From a virus (taxonomy: Duplodnaviria; Caudoviricetes): DNA of 64,000 bases. The DNA lies in the IMG/VR virus record IMGVR_UViG_3300044878_000205, positions 1-64,000 of that record. The stretch is one strand, 5' to 3'. Positions 27,087 through 35,369 of the stretch are shown one piece after another. The translations under genes and the position numbers were made by a program. The notes under the pieces are model-generated. The model was not told the origin of the DNA. It was given only the letters and a program-made list of their open reading frames with translations, and made no database searches. The first letter of the stretch is position 1; the number at the start of each line of letters is the position of its first letter.

Positions 27087-27666
27087 GCCGTGGCTGTGGT
27101 CGTCGCTGGTGATCAGCAAAAAGCTCGAGCAGCGCTTTGGCCTGATCGGCATGGCCCGGCTGTTAAAGCTGGTGGAGCTGGTCGACGAGCGGTTGCCGGC
27201 GGAAGGGCCGTTGACCGTGGTGCTGGCCTGGGGTGATTTCCTCACCGAGCTGAGCTGCAACCAGGAGCAGGCCACCGAGTTCCTCGCCTATTGCGACCAT
27301 GCCCGGGTGCTGGACCAAGCCACCGAGGACGGCCGCTTGCGCCTGACCCTGGTCGGCGAGCTGGCCTTGCGCTTGCGCCCGGCCGTGCCGACCCCGCAGC
27401 CGCAGGCCTCCGGGCGCCTGCTGTTCGACACCGATAAGCAGTGGGCCGCCTGGTTTAAAGACGACCTCAACTGCCCGCCATACCTGGCCAATGATCCGCT
27501 GACCCGCCAATTGTTCCGCCGCTGGTGTGCCACCAACGTCACGGTCGATGAAGTCGAGGCCGCCACCGAGCGCGCCTTGGCCGCCGGTGAAGCGCCGCTG
27601 CCGTTGGTGCTGCACGACCACCTGAAAGTCATCCGTCAAGCCAAGATCGACCGCGCAGTGGCCTAA
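27073..27666 (+). CDS. Hypothetical protein in the slot usually held by a phage replication organiser
   Basis: GGAGG RBS; follows cro; function inferred from position only. Confidence 0.5.
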   Translation: MSSPKPWLWSSLVISKKLEQRFGLIGMARLLKLVELVDERLPAEGPLTVVLAWGDFLTELSCNQEQATEFLAYCDHARVLDQATEDGRLRLTLVGELALRLRPAVPTPQPQASGRLLFDTDKQWAAWFKDDLNCPPYLANDPLTRQLFRRWCATNVTVDEVEAATERALAAGEAPLPLVLHDHLKVIRQAKIDRAVA

Positions 27667-27686
27667 GCGCGGCAAGGGGAATTGCT

Positions 27687-28115
27687 GTGTTGTTGATTGC
27701 TCTCTCGGGCGGCCTGCCCGCTGAACGTTTGGCCATTGCCGACCACCTGGTGGCATCCGGCAAAGCCCGCCTGGCGTCCTATGCGCAGACCACGCCGCGG
27801 GCTGACTTCGGCGTGTCGCGTGCGCGCATCCTTGGCGAGGCCTTGTCCAGCCTGGAAGGCCGGCGCTCGCTGGCCGGGGGCTTGGTGGTGGTGCATTGCC
27901 TGTCGGCCGAGGAGGCGCAGCTGGTGCGCGAACAGGGCGGGGTACTGTGGCATGTGCATGGCAGCATTCATTCCGGGTCGGTGGCGATTCGCCGCGAAGA
28001 CGTGATGGTCACCGATGGCCAGGCCGGTTACGCCCATGTCCGCGCGCCGCTGGAGGCGCTGTCCGAGCTGCTGCTGGCTCAGGGCTTGGGCAAGCGAGCC
28101 ACCACTCTTGGTTAG
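27687..28115 (+). CDS. Hypothetical protein, weakly dNMP-kinase-like
   Basis: LIALSG start and EA..VR..GG.LWHV pattern, but no intact P-loop. Confidence 0.45.
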   Translation: MLLIALSGGLPAERLAIADHLVASGKARLASYAQTTPRADFGVSRARILGEALSSLEGRRSLAGGLVVVHCLSAEEAQLVREQGGVLWHVHGSIHSGSVAIRREDVMVTDGQAGYAHVRAPLEALSELLLAQGLGKRATTLG

Positions 28116-28314
28116 CCGGGCACTGCCGGGCTACGCCTATGGCGATCCGGCGAAGATTGTCGAAGCGCAGGAGATTCGCGCCAAGGGCTGCAGCGTGTGT
28201 ACGCGGGCGGTGTTCATCTTTGATCTGCCGGTGTGCAGCAACAACTTGAAGTTTCCGGCCTGTCGCCGGGATCGCAGAAACGGCCATCAGCTGACCCCTG
28301 AAGCCGGCGGCTAA
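28108..28314 (+). CDS. Small Cys-containing hypothetical protein
   Basis: YGDPA...CxxC...C...C; TTG start overlaps upstream stop. Confidence 0.55.
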   Translation: MVSRALPGYAYGDPAKIVEAQEIRAKGCSVCTRAVFIFDLPVCSNNLKFPACRRDRRNGHQLTPEAGG

Positions 28315-28324
28315 GGGGCAAGCA

Positions 28325-28747
28325 ATGGCAAGGCGCGCGCGCAACGGATTGGACGATGCCCTGGAGCTGTGGGCCCGCTGGTGTTTTGCCGGCGGTGAGC
28401 AGGCCAGTGCTGGTCGCTCGATGCTGGCCAAGTTGATCGACAACAAGGGCGAGCTGATGTTTGGCAGCAGTGGTGGCTCGCGTGAGCCGTCCGACAGCCT
28501 CGAGGCGCACATTGAATCGGCCGCCCTGCGCTTGTTTGCCCGTGACCCGTTGTGCGCCGATGTGCTGCGCCTGGAGTACGGCGCCGGTTGGTGGCAAGTC
28601 GCCAAGCGCCGGCGCATCGGCGGCTATGACCCGCGAGGCATCGGCCAGTTTGAACACGCCGCGGCCCTGGGCATCAGTCTGCGGACCTACCGCCGGCGGT
28701 TGGCCGAGGCTCGCGCCTTTATCGAAGACCAAGTGGGGACCGTATGA
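28325..28747 (+). CDS. Late-gene regulator (antiterminator Q / PA0613-like)
   Basis: LELWARW N-terminus and C-terminal HTH AAALGISLRTYRRRL. Confidence 0.7.
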   Translation: MARRARNGLDDALELWARWCFAGGEQASAGRSMLAKLIDNKGELMFGSSGGSREPSDSLEAHIESAALRLFARDPLCADVLRLEYGAGWWQVAKRRRIGGYDPRGIGQFEHAAALGISLRTYRRRLAEARAFIEDQVGTV

Positions 28748-29250
28748 CCATGCACCCGTTGTTTGCTGGATTTAAGGACGTCAGTCCCTACGCGCTGGGC
28801 GCTGCCCTGGGCTTTGCGGTGCATGTCGAGGTCGGGCGCGGCAGCTTGCCGTCGGAGCTGCCGACGGAAGTGGTTGGGCGCCTGCAGGCCGGTGGAGATC
28901 TGGCCGGTCATCTGTGGGCCGGTGGCTGGGAGGCGCCGGGGCGTGCGCACTGCCTGATGTTCGTCAAGCCGCTGACCGCGCTGGCCTCGGTGTGCTGGCT
29001 GGCCGGGCTGGGTGGACAGTGGATCGATCTGCGCCCGAGCTACTTCTACACCGGCGCGCAGGTGCTGGGCGATCTGGAGGCGGCGCTGTACGCGGCCGGC
29101 GGTGAATCGACGTTGGGCTGGCCACGGGTGGCGCCGGCGGACACGCAACTGTTCGCTGAGGCCTTCGCCTTGCTCCTGGACGGGTTTATGGTGCAGTCCG
29201 GCAACGATCAGTTGCCCTTGGAGTGTCTGGAGCTCTCTCCATCATGCTGA
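28744..29250 (+). CDS. Hypothetical protein
   Basis: ATGA overlap within operon. Confidence 0.55.
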   Translation: MTMHPLFAGFKDVSPYALGAALGFAVHVEVGRGSLPSELPTEVVGRLQAGGDLAGHLWAGGWEAPGRAHCLMFVKPLTALASVCWLAGLGGQWIDLRPSYFYTGAQVLGDLEAALYAAGGESTLGWPRVAPADTQLFAEAFALLLDGFMVQSGNDQLPLECLELSPSC

Positions 29251-30197
29251 CCTATGGCAGCGTCTGCAGCGGTATCGAGGCCGCGACGGTGGCCTGGCAC
29301 CCGCTGGGGTTCAAGGCCGAGTGGTACGCCGAGATCGAGCGCTTCCCGTCGGCCGTGCTGGCCCATCACTACCCACAGATACCCAACCTCGGTGACATGA
29401 CCCGCCTCGGCGCTCAGGTGCTGGCCGGCAAGATCGCCGCGCCGGACATCCTCGTCGGTGGTACCCCGTGCCAGGCCTTTAGTGTCGCCGGTATGCGCGA
29501 AGGTCTTGCCGACCCGCGCGGCGCCCTCACCATCAAATACGTGGAGCTCGCAGATGCAGTTGACTATGTTCGCGCCGGCCAGCGAAAGCCCGCCTGCGTT
29601 CTCACCTGGGAAAACGTCCCCGGCGTCCTCAGCGACAAAGGGAACGCCTTCGGATGCTTTCTTGGTGCGCTTGCTGGGGAAGACTGCGAACTGCAGCCTT
29701 CAGGGGAAAGGTGGCCGGACGCTGGTTGTGTGTATGGACCCCGGAGAACAATCGCGTGGCGGGTCCTGGACGCCCAACATTTCGGCTTGGCCCAACGACG
29801 TCGCCGTGTGTTCGTTGTCGCAAGTGCTCGAAACGGATTCGATCCCTTCGAGGTACTTTTTGAGCGCGAAGGCCTGCGCCGGGATTGCCCGCCGGGACGG
29901 GAAGCGCAGTCACTTCATCCTACTCTCACGGCTCAAGGGGGGGGCGCTCTCGATGACCGAGAGGCATATGTGCTGGAGTCAGAAGGGGTCCGCCGAACCA
30001 CTCCCGTCGAGTGGGAGCGCTGCCAGGGCTTCCCGGACAGTTACACCATGATTCCATGGCGCGGCAAGTCCGCCGAGCTGTGTCCTGATGGTCCGCGCTA
30101 CAAGGCGCTGGGCAACAGCAAGGCGGTGCCTGTGGTGCGCTGGATCGGTCGGCGGCTTCAGCAGCAACTTGATTGTTCATCAAAGGAGCGGGCATGA
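29244..30197 (+). CDS. Orphan C5-cytosine DNA methyltransferase
   Basis: CSGI (I), GGTPCQ (IV), ENV (VI), QRRRRVF (VIII) and GNS (X) motifs. Confidence 0.93.
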   Translation: MLTYGSVCSGIEAATVAWHPLGFKAEWYAEIERFPSAVLAHHYPQIPNLGDMTRLGAQVLAGKIAAPDILVGGTPCQAFSVAGMREGLADPRGALTIKYVELADAVDYVRAGQRKPACVLTWENVPGVLSDKGNAFGCFLGALAGEDCELQPSGERWPDAGCVYGPRRTIAWRVLDAQHFGLAQRRRRVFVVASARNGFDPFEVLFEREGLRRDCPPGREAQSLHPTLTAQGGGALDDREAYVLESEGVRRTTPVEWERCQGFPDSYTMIPWRGKSAELCPDGPRYKALGNSKAVPVVRWIGRRLQQQLDCSSKERA

Positions 30198-30436
30198 GTC
30201 AGTCGAGAAAGGCCAGTGCCGCAGAGGCGTTGGTGGGTGTGCTCGTCGGCCTGGCCGTCAGCATGGTCGCCAATGCCATCGTCTTCCCGCTCTATGACTT
30301 CCACCCATCGCTGCTCGATAACGTTGCGATCAGCCTCATCTACACCGGTATTTCTCTGGTGCGCGGCTACTGCGTGCGCCGGGCGTTCAATCGGTTGGCC
30401 GCCCGGTGTGCTGGCAATCAATCGCTAACTAGCTAA
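30194..30436 (+). CDS. Small two-TM membrane protein
   Basis: AAGGAG RBS; two hydrophobic helices, S..R.Y..RR.F ending. Confidence 0.7.
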   Translation: MSQSRKASAAEALVGVLVGLAVSMVANAIVFPLYDFHPSLLDNVAISLIYTGISLVRGYCVRRAFNRLAARCAGNQSLTS

Positions 30437-30454
30437 TTCGCTAAATCGCTAAGC
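30424..30454. repeat. 8-bp-period repeat array upstream of recombinase
   Basis: GCTAACTA-GCTAATTC-GCTAAATC-GCTAA. Confidence 0.7.
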
Positions 30455-30511
30455 GGGCGCCTTGTGCGTCACGGCCTCGCTTTGCCTGAAATCCGTCCAA
30501 GGAGGCTTTCC

Positions 30512-31801
30512 GTGCCGAAAACCCTGCAGGTCGCGCTGTCCGATGCGGCCATCAAAAAGCATGCGGCTGACCCTGCTGTTCGCGAGCTCAACGACCCGCG
30601 GCACCCCTTGCGCTTTCGCTACCGGCTCAAGGATCGCACTCAGGGCAGTTGGCATGTGGTGCGTCGTGGTCAATGGAAGAAGGCCGGCAACTGGCCGGAA
30701 ATCAACGCCCGGACCATGCTCGACAACCTACCAGCGGTGTTGTCGCGCCTGCAGGTTGATCCGGCGGCGGTGGCCACGGTCGGTGCCTGGAGTAGTGTCG
30801 GCCAGTTGCTTTCCTGGTACGCCGAACGGGTCCAAGTCGGGCGCACCTTGTCCAAGCCGCGGCAAAGCACCGTGCTCTCGGCGATCCGCAGGCAACTGGT
30901 ACCGCGCCTGGGTGATCTGCCCTTGGCCGACCTCAATAAGACCAGCCTGGACGAGCGCCTGTACCTGCCCCTACAAGCCGAAGCCAGCCTGGCGCATGTC
31001 CGCGCGGTGTTCGCCATCCTCAAGTTGGCCTGTCGTCGGGCCGTGGCCATGGACCGTCTGCCGACCGATCCGCTGGCTGGGGTGTCGTTTGGGCAGTTCA
31101 ATAAAACCAACATCAAACCCAAGGGTGCGCGTCTGCGACATACCGCGGTACCGGCGCTGCTGGCTCATTGGGCGGCGTCCTATGTCACCGCACCGCGCCA
31201 CGTGACCTTTGCCGTGCTGATGTTGGCCCATGGCACCCGCCTCAATGAAACCCGTTTGGCCCGCTGGCAGGACGTCGACCTGGTCAATGCCGAGTGGTTT
31301 ATCCCGGCGCGGGTGACCAAGGGTGGCCGAGACCATGTCCTGCCGCTGACCGTCCAGGCGTTGGCCTTCCTTCAACAACATAAACGTCTTCAACAGGGGC
31401 GTGGTTATGTTGGGGCCTTTCTCTTTCCCTCGACCACCCGATCCGGCCAGCCCCTGAGTCGTGCTCAAGCCTTTGAATTGTTCACCTGGTTAGGCCAAGG
31501 CGAATGGACCAGTCACGACCTGCGCAAATTGGCCAGAACCACGTGGGCCGAGTTGGGTGTGGATTCGGTGGTCGGTCGCTTGTTGCTCAATCAGGCCCTG
31601 CCCACCCTCGAAGCCACCTATGTGCAAACCACTGCCCTGGTGCGCAAGCGTGAGGCCCTGGAGCGCTGGCACGCCTGGCTCGATGAGCGCGGGTTTGCCG
31701 CCCTGCACGGTGCGACCCCGGCAAGACCGGTCGCCACGGCCACCCCCGTTCAGCCCGCGTCCGCCGTGGCCTGCGCGGCCTTTTCCCAACCTAACGTATA
31801 A
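30512..31801 (+). CDS. Tyrosine recombinase / integrase
   Basis: GGAGG RBS and GTG start; GTRLNE (R), TKGG (K), HDLRK (HxxR), ATY (Y). Confidence 0.88.
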   Translation: MPKTLQVALSDAAIKKHAADPAVRELNDPRHPLRFRYRLKDRTQGSWHVVRRGQWKKAGNWPEINARTMLDNLPAVLSRLQVDPAAVATVGAWSSVGQLLSWYAERVQVGRTLSKPRQSTVLSAIRRQLVPRLGDLPLADLNKTSLDERLYLPLQAEASLAHVRAVFAILKLACRRAVAMDRLPTDPLAGVSFGQFNKTNIKPKGARLRHTAVPALLAHWAASYVTAPRHVTFAVLMLAHGTRLNETRLARWQDVDLVNAEWFIPARVTKGGRDHVLPLTVQALAFLQQHKRLQQGRGYVGAFLFPSTTRSGQPLSRAQAFELFTWLGQGEWTSHDLRKLARTTWAELGVDSVVGRLLLNQALPTLEATYVQTTALVRKREALERWHAWLDERGFAALHGATPARPVATATPVQPASAVACAAFSQPNV

Positions 31802-31813
31802 GAGGATCTAAAT

Positions 31814-31990
31814 ATGGATAAGCCAGCAAAAGCGCCGCAGGTCCTGGTGGTCAGCACCGGTCCTTGGGCGTCGATCAAGTTCGGCTTCTGGAGCTTTGTC
31901 GGGGCCATGTCCGCCTTGGGTGCGATGGTCAGCGTGGATCAGCTGCTGACGTTGGTCAGGGCGGCGCTGCGCACCTGGTTGGGGCTCTGA
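31814..31990 (+). CDS. 58-aa hydrophobic protein (MDKPAKAPQVLVV...)
   Basis: GAGG RBS; read manually. Confidence 0.5.
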   Translation: MDKPAKAPQVLVVSTGPWASIKFGFWSFVGAMSALGAMVSVDQLLTLVRAALRTWLGL

Positions 31991-31992
31991 CC

Positions 31993-32178
31993 ATGTGCCG
32001 GCGCCGCGAGACGAATCGTTGCAGCAACTGCCAGGGCACTGAGTTCGGGATGACCAAGATTGCTGGTCGCTGGGTCTGCGACCCGTGCAATCGGCAGGAG
32101 CCTGAAGGCGATGACCTGGACATCGAAGGCTATGAAGAACGCCGCCGGCAGCGCCTGGCTGAAGCCGAGGAGTATTGA
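31993..32178 (+). CDS. Small Zn-ribbon protein
   Basis: CSNC...CDPC, acidic tail. Confidence 0.55.
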   Translation: MCRRRETNRCSNCQGTEFGMTKIAGRWVCDPCNRQEPEGDDLDIEGYEERRRQRLAEAEEY

Positions 32179-32534
32179 ACATGGGGCCGACCAATGAGGA
32201 ACGCAGCCCCGAGGCGATCCGCAAGGCTGAGCAGCGCGAGCGGGATGCCGAAGCCGGCTTCGAGGTGGTGCCGCTGCGCCTAGGCCCCGTGGAGCTGGCC
32301 ATGCTGCGCAAGGGTCAGCGCGCCCGCGGGGGTGATGAGCCGTACACCGCGGTCGAGTACTTGGCCACCTTGCTGCGCCGCGACCATGCCTGGCTCCAGC
32401 AACAGCAGGGGCTGGTCGCGGGGCGGATCTGCGGGCAGTGTCGTAAGCCGCTGCCGCAAGGCTGTGGTGGTTTCTGGATCAAGGAGGTCGCCGTCTGCGA
32501 ACGGGCGCAACTGGAACGCGCCATGCAGTTGTGA
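32175..32534 (+). CDS. Hypothetical phage protein with C-terminal Cys cluster
   Basis: RK.EQRER...Y...EY..TL.RRD...CGQC..PLP.GC. Confidence 0.7.
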   Translation: MNMGPTNEERSPEAIRKAEQRERDAEAGFEVVPLRLGPVELAMLRKGQRARGGDEPYTAVEYLATLLRRDHAWLQQQQGLVAGRICGQCRKPLPQGCGGFWIKEVAVCERAQLERAMQL

Positions 32535-32730
32535 CATGTCACAACGCTAAAAGATTGACAAAAGAGCGGTTAGACAGATTTACTGTTTTTTTACAGGAAT
32601 ACTGTTTACAAGGCTGGCAGTTTGCCCTAGCATTTGCTCCATCGTGGTGTTCTTGCGGACGCGGCGATACACCTGTACTGCCCCCCTAAACCCCCAGGCC
32701 TCCCCAGCCCTGGGGGTTTTTTTATTCCTT
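32528..32730 (+). promoter_or_regulatory. Late control region: palindrome, TTGACA, operator-like motifs and terminator
   Basis: GTTGTGACATGTCACAAC (32528-32545), TTGACA (32555-32560), hairpin AAACCCCCAGG...CCTGGGGGTTT plus T run before holin. Confidence 0.6.
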
Positions 32731-32771
32731 TTTTCCGTTGTCAGGGCGCGTCGGCCCTCAAAGGACCGCTG

Positions 32772-33110
32772 ATGAATACAGATCACCAAGCCCTGACTGA
32801 TATGCCGTTCTGGTTACTCGTCCTGCTGAGCATGGCCGGGCTGTCCGGCGAGATGCTGCGGGCATCGGGCAGTGACTTGAGCCTGCGGCAGATCCTGCAG
32901 CGGGTCGCGTTGCGCTTCCTGGCGTCGGGCTTGCTCGGCATGGCCACGCTGCTGCTCGCGCTGGCCGTGTGGAGCAACCTCTACCTAGCCGCCGGCCTGG
33001 GCATTGTCATCGCCGTGATCGGCGCGGACGTGGCGGGCGGGCTGTACACCCAGCTCCTGGCCAAGAAGGCCGGGCTTCCCATTGGGGAGCGTAATGACTC
33101 CGTCCGTTAA
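32772..33110 (+). CDS. Holin
   Basis: 112 aa, 2-3 TM segments, MP.WL...GLSGEM.RA pattern; first late gene. Confidence 0.8.
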   Translation: MNTDHQALTDMPFWLLVLLSMAGLSGEMLRASGSDLSLRQILQRVALRFLASGLLGMATLLLALAVWSNLYLAAGLGIVIAVIGADVAGGLYTQLLAKKAGLPIGERNDSVR

Positions 33111-33408
33111 GCGCCTGCGCCGGCACGATGGCAGTCCACGGATCACCGGCCGGGCCTTGCAGAAGCGGCGCTTGAGTGTCTGGACCAAAGACCCGACCTG
33201 CGCCGTGTGTGGCCGGGTCGTGGACTTCCCGTCCGGCTTCGAGCTGGACCACCGCGTGCCGCTGTTCAAGGGTGGCGAGGACACCGAGGACAACTGTCAG
33301 GTGCTCTGCAATGGGGTCAATGGCTGCCATGAGAAGAAGACGGCCGCCGACCTCGGCTACCGCCATCGGCAGACCATCGGCCTCGACGGCTACCCCGTCC
33401 AGAGCTGA
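33094..33408 (+). CDS. HNH endonuclease (terminase-associated)
   Basis: CAVC...LDHRVPL..GG.D...N.Q.LC....CH..KT. Confidence 0.92.
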   Translation: MTPSVKRLRRHDGSPRITGRALQKRRLSVWTKDPTCAVCGRVVDFPSGFELDHRVPLFKGGEDTEDNCQVLCNGVNGCHEKKTAADLGYRHRQTIGLDGYPVQS

Positions 33409-33543
33409 CCCAAACGCGACCGATTCCCATCGGCGCGCACCAAAGGGGAGGGGGGGGTGAAAAACCTCCAACCCTCGCTGAGCGGAAACCGATCGCTCCC
33501 CTCTTTACGCATAACCGCGAAAAACGGACCGGGGGTCTACCGC
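33409..33543. other. Probable cos packaging region
   Basis: Gap between HNH and MTase/terS with G-run and ACCGCGAAAAA, as in HK97-like cos phages; exact cut site not determinable. Confidence 0.5.
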
Positions 33544-34923
33544 GTGAAAAACCCGCTGAAAATCGTCTACCGAGCGCTAGGCGAGCTCGTACCCTATGCC
33601 CGCAACAGCCGCACCCATGACGCGGCGCAGGTCGCGCAGATCGCGGCCTCGATCCGTGAGTTCGGTTTCACCAACCCGGTGCTGATCGACGAGGACGGCG
33701 GCATCATTGCCGGCCATGGTCGGGTGCTCGGGGCCGCCAAAGAGGCCATGGAGAAAGTCCCGACCATCACCCTGGCCGGCCTGACCGAAACCCAGCGCCG
33801 CGCCTATGTGATTGCCGACAATAAATTGGCACTCAACGCCGGTTGGGACGAGGCCATGCTCAAGGTCGAGCTGGAAGCGCTCAGCGAGTTCGGTTTTGAC
33901 ATCGAGCTGACCGGTTTTAGCAGCGATGAAATGGCCGCGATGTTCGCCGGCGAGCCAGAGAAGGCCGGTCTGACCGACCCGGACGCGGCGCCGGATGTGG
34001 CCGATCCGGTCAGCGTGCCGGGTGACACCTGGGTGCTCGGCCCTCACCGGGTGCACTGCGGCGACTCGACCTCGATCACCGCCGTGGACACCCTGATGGC
34101 CGGGCTGATGGTCGATGCCTGCTGGACCGACCCACCGTACAACGTCAACTACGAATCGAAGCTGGCCGGCAAGATCAAGAATGACCACATGAAAGATGCG
34201 GCCTTTCGCACCTTTCTGCATGACGCTTATGTCTGTGCGTTCGCCGTGATGAAGCCGGGCGCGCCGATCTACGTGGCGCATGCTCACACCGAAGGCGTGA
34301 ATTTTCACGGCGCCTTTCGCGACGCCGGATTCAAAACGTCGGGGTTCCTGGTGTGGGCCAAGGATTCGCTGGTGCTCGGGCGCTCGGATTACCAGTGGCA
34401 GCATGAGCCGATCCTCTACGGCTGGAAGCCGGGCGCGGCGCACCGCTGGTACGGCGGGCGCAAGCAGACCACGGTGATGAAGATGGGCGGCTCGATCTTC
34501 ACCCAAAACGAAGACGGCACGGTCACGGTGAAAGTCGGCGGCGAGTCCATCGTCATCAGCGGCGAAAACCTCAAGGCCGCGCCGCTGGCCTCGACCGTGA
34601 TCCGCTGTGAAAAGCCCAAGCGTTCCAGCGAGCACCCGACCATGAAGCCGGTCGAGCTGATCGCCAAGATGCTGCGCAACTCCACCCGCGAAGGTGACCT
34701 GGTGCTGGACCTGTTCGGCGGCTCCGGCTCGACCCTGATCTGCTGCGAAATGCTCGGGCGTCAGGCGCGCCTGATGGAGCTGGACCCACGCTTTGCCGAT
34801 GTGATCGTCAAGCGCTGGCAGGACTTCACTGGCCTCATCGGCGTGCTCGAAGGTGACGGCCGAACATTTGCGGAGGTGCAAGCATGGCGGGCTCAGGACG
34901 CAAGCCAACCCCCACCGCCTTAA
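33544..34923 (+). CDS. ParB-like domain fused to amino (N6A/N4C) DNA methyltransferase
   Basis: PYARNSRTH...FGFTNPVLID...AGHGR; TDPPYN, HPTMKP and DLFGGSGST. Start may be 33457. Confidence 0.92.
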   Translation: MKNPLKIVYRALGELVPYARNSRTHDAAQVAQIAASIREFGFTNPVLIDEDGGIIAGHGRVLGAAKEAMEKVPTITLAGLTETQRRAYVIADNKLALNAGWDEAMLKVELEALSEFGFDIELTGFSSDEMAAMFAGEPEKAGLTDPDAAPDVADPVSVPGDTWVLGPHRVHCGDSTSITAVDTLMAGLMVDACWTDPPYNVNYESKLAGKIKNDHMKDAAFRTFLHDAYVCAFAVMKPGAPIYVAHAHTEGVNFHGAFRDAGFKTSGFLVWAKDSLVLGRSDYQWQHEPILYGWKPGAAHRWYGGRKQTTVMKMGGSIFTQNEDGTVTVKVGGESIVISGENLKAAPLASTVIRCEKPKRSSEHPTMKPVELIAKMLRNSTREGDLVLDLFGGSGSTLICCEMLGRQARLMELDPRFADVIVKRWQDFTGLIGVLEGDGRTFAEVQAWRAQDASQPPPP

Positions 34924-35369
34924 AGCTGGTCAAGGGCAACCCCGGCAAGCGCGCGGTGAACAAAAAAGAGGCCCAGGTGGCCCTGTCGCAGCCGACGCCG
35001 CCGGCGTTTCTCTGCGACGACGGAAAGGTCGAGTGGGGCCGGGTGGTCGACAAGCTGTACAGCGCCGGGCTGATGACCGAGCTGGACCGCGCGGTGCTCG
35101 CCGCCTATTGCCAGTCCTACGGCCGCTGGGCCCAGGCCGAGCGCGCCCTGGCGCGCATGGCTGAAAAAGATCCGCTCAACAGTGCGTTGATGGTCAAGAC
35201 CACCAACGGTAACGCCGTCCAAAACCCCTTGGTCGGTACCGCCAATAAAGCCCAGGCGGACATGGTTCGGTATGCGCTGGAGTTCGGCATGTCACCGTCC
35301 TCCCGCTCTAAAGTGAACGCCACGCCCGATGACCACGAAAAAGACGCGCTCGCGGACTTCTTCGCCTGA
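34884..35369 (+). CDS. Terminase small subunit (P27-like)
   Basis: GRKPTPT.LK...GNPG.R...EFGMSPSSR. Confidence 0.93.
   Translation: MAGSGRKPTPTALKLVKGNPGKRAVNKKEAQVALSQPTPPAFLCDDGKVEWGRVVDKLYSAGLMTELDRAVLAAYCQSYGRWAQAERALARMAEKDPLNSALMVKTTNGNAVQNPLVGTANKAQADMVRYALEFGMSPSSRSKVNATPDDHEKDALADFFA

Noticed and set aside
30512-31801. Protelomerase / N15-like linear phage-plasmid
   Set aside because: The protein has integrase-type HxxR architecture and no long telomere palindrome was found.
32581-32596. LexA boxes here and at 26835-26847
   Set aside because: CTG...CAG spacing is 8 and 7 bp rather than 10.
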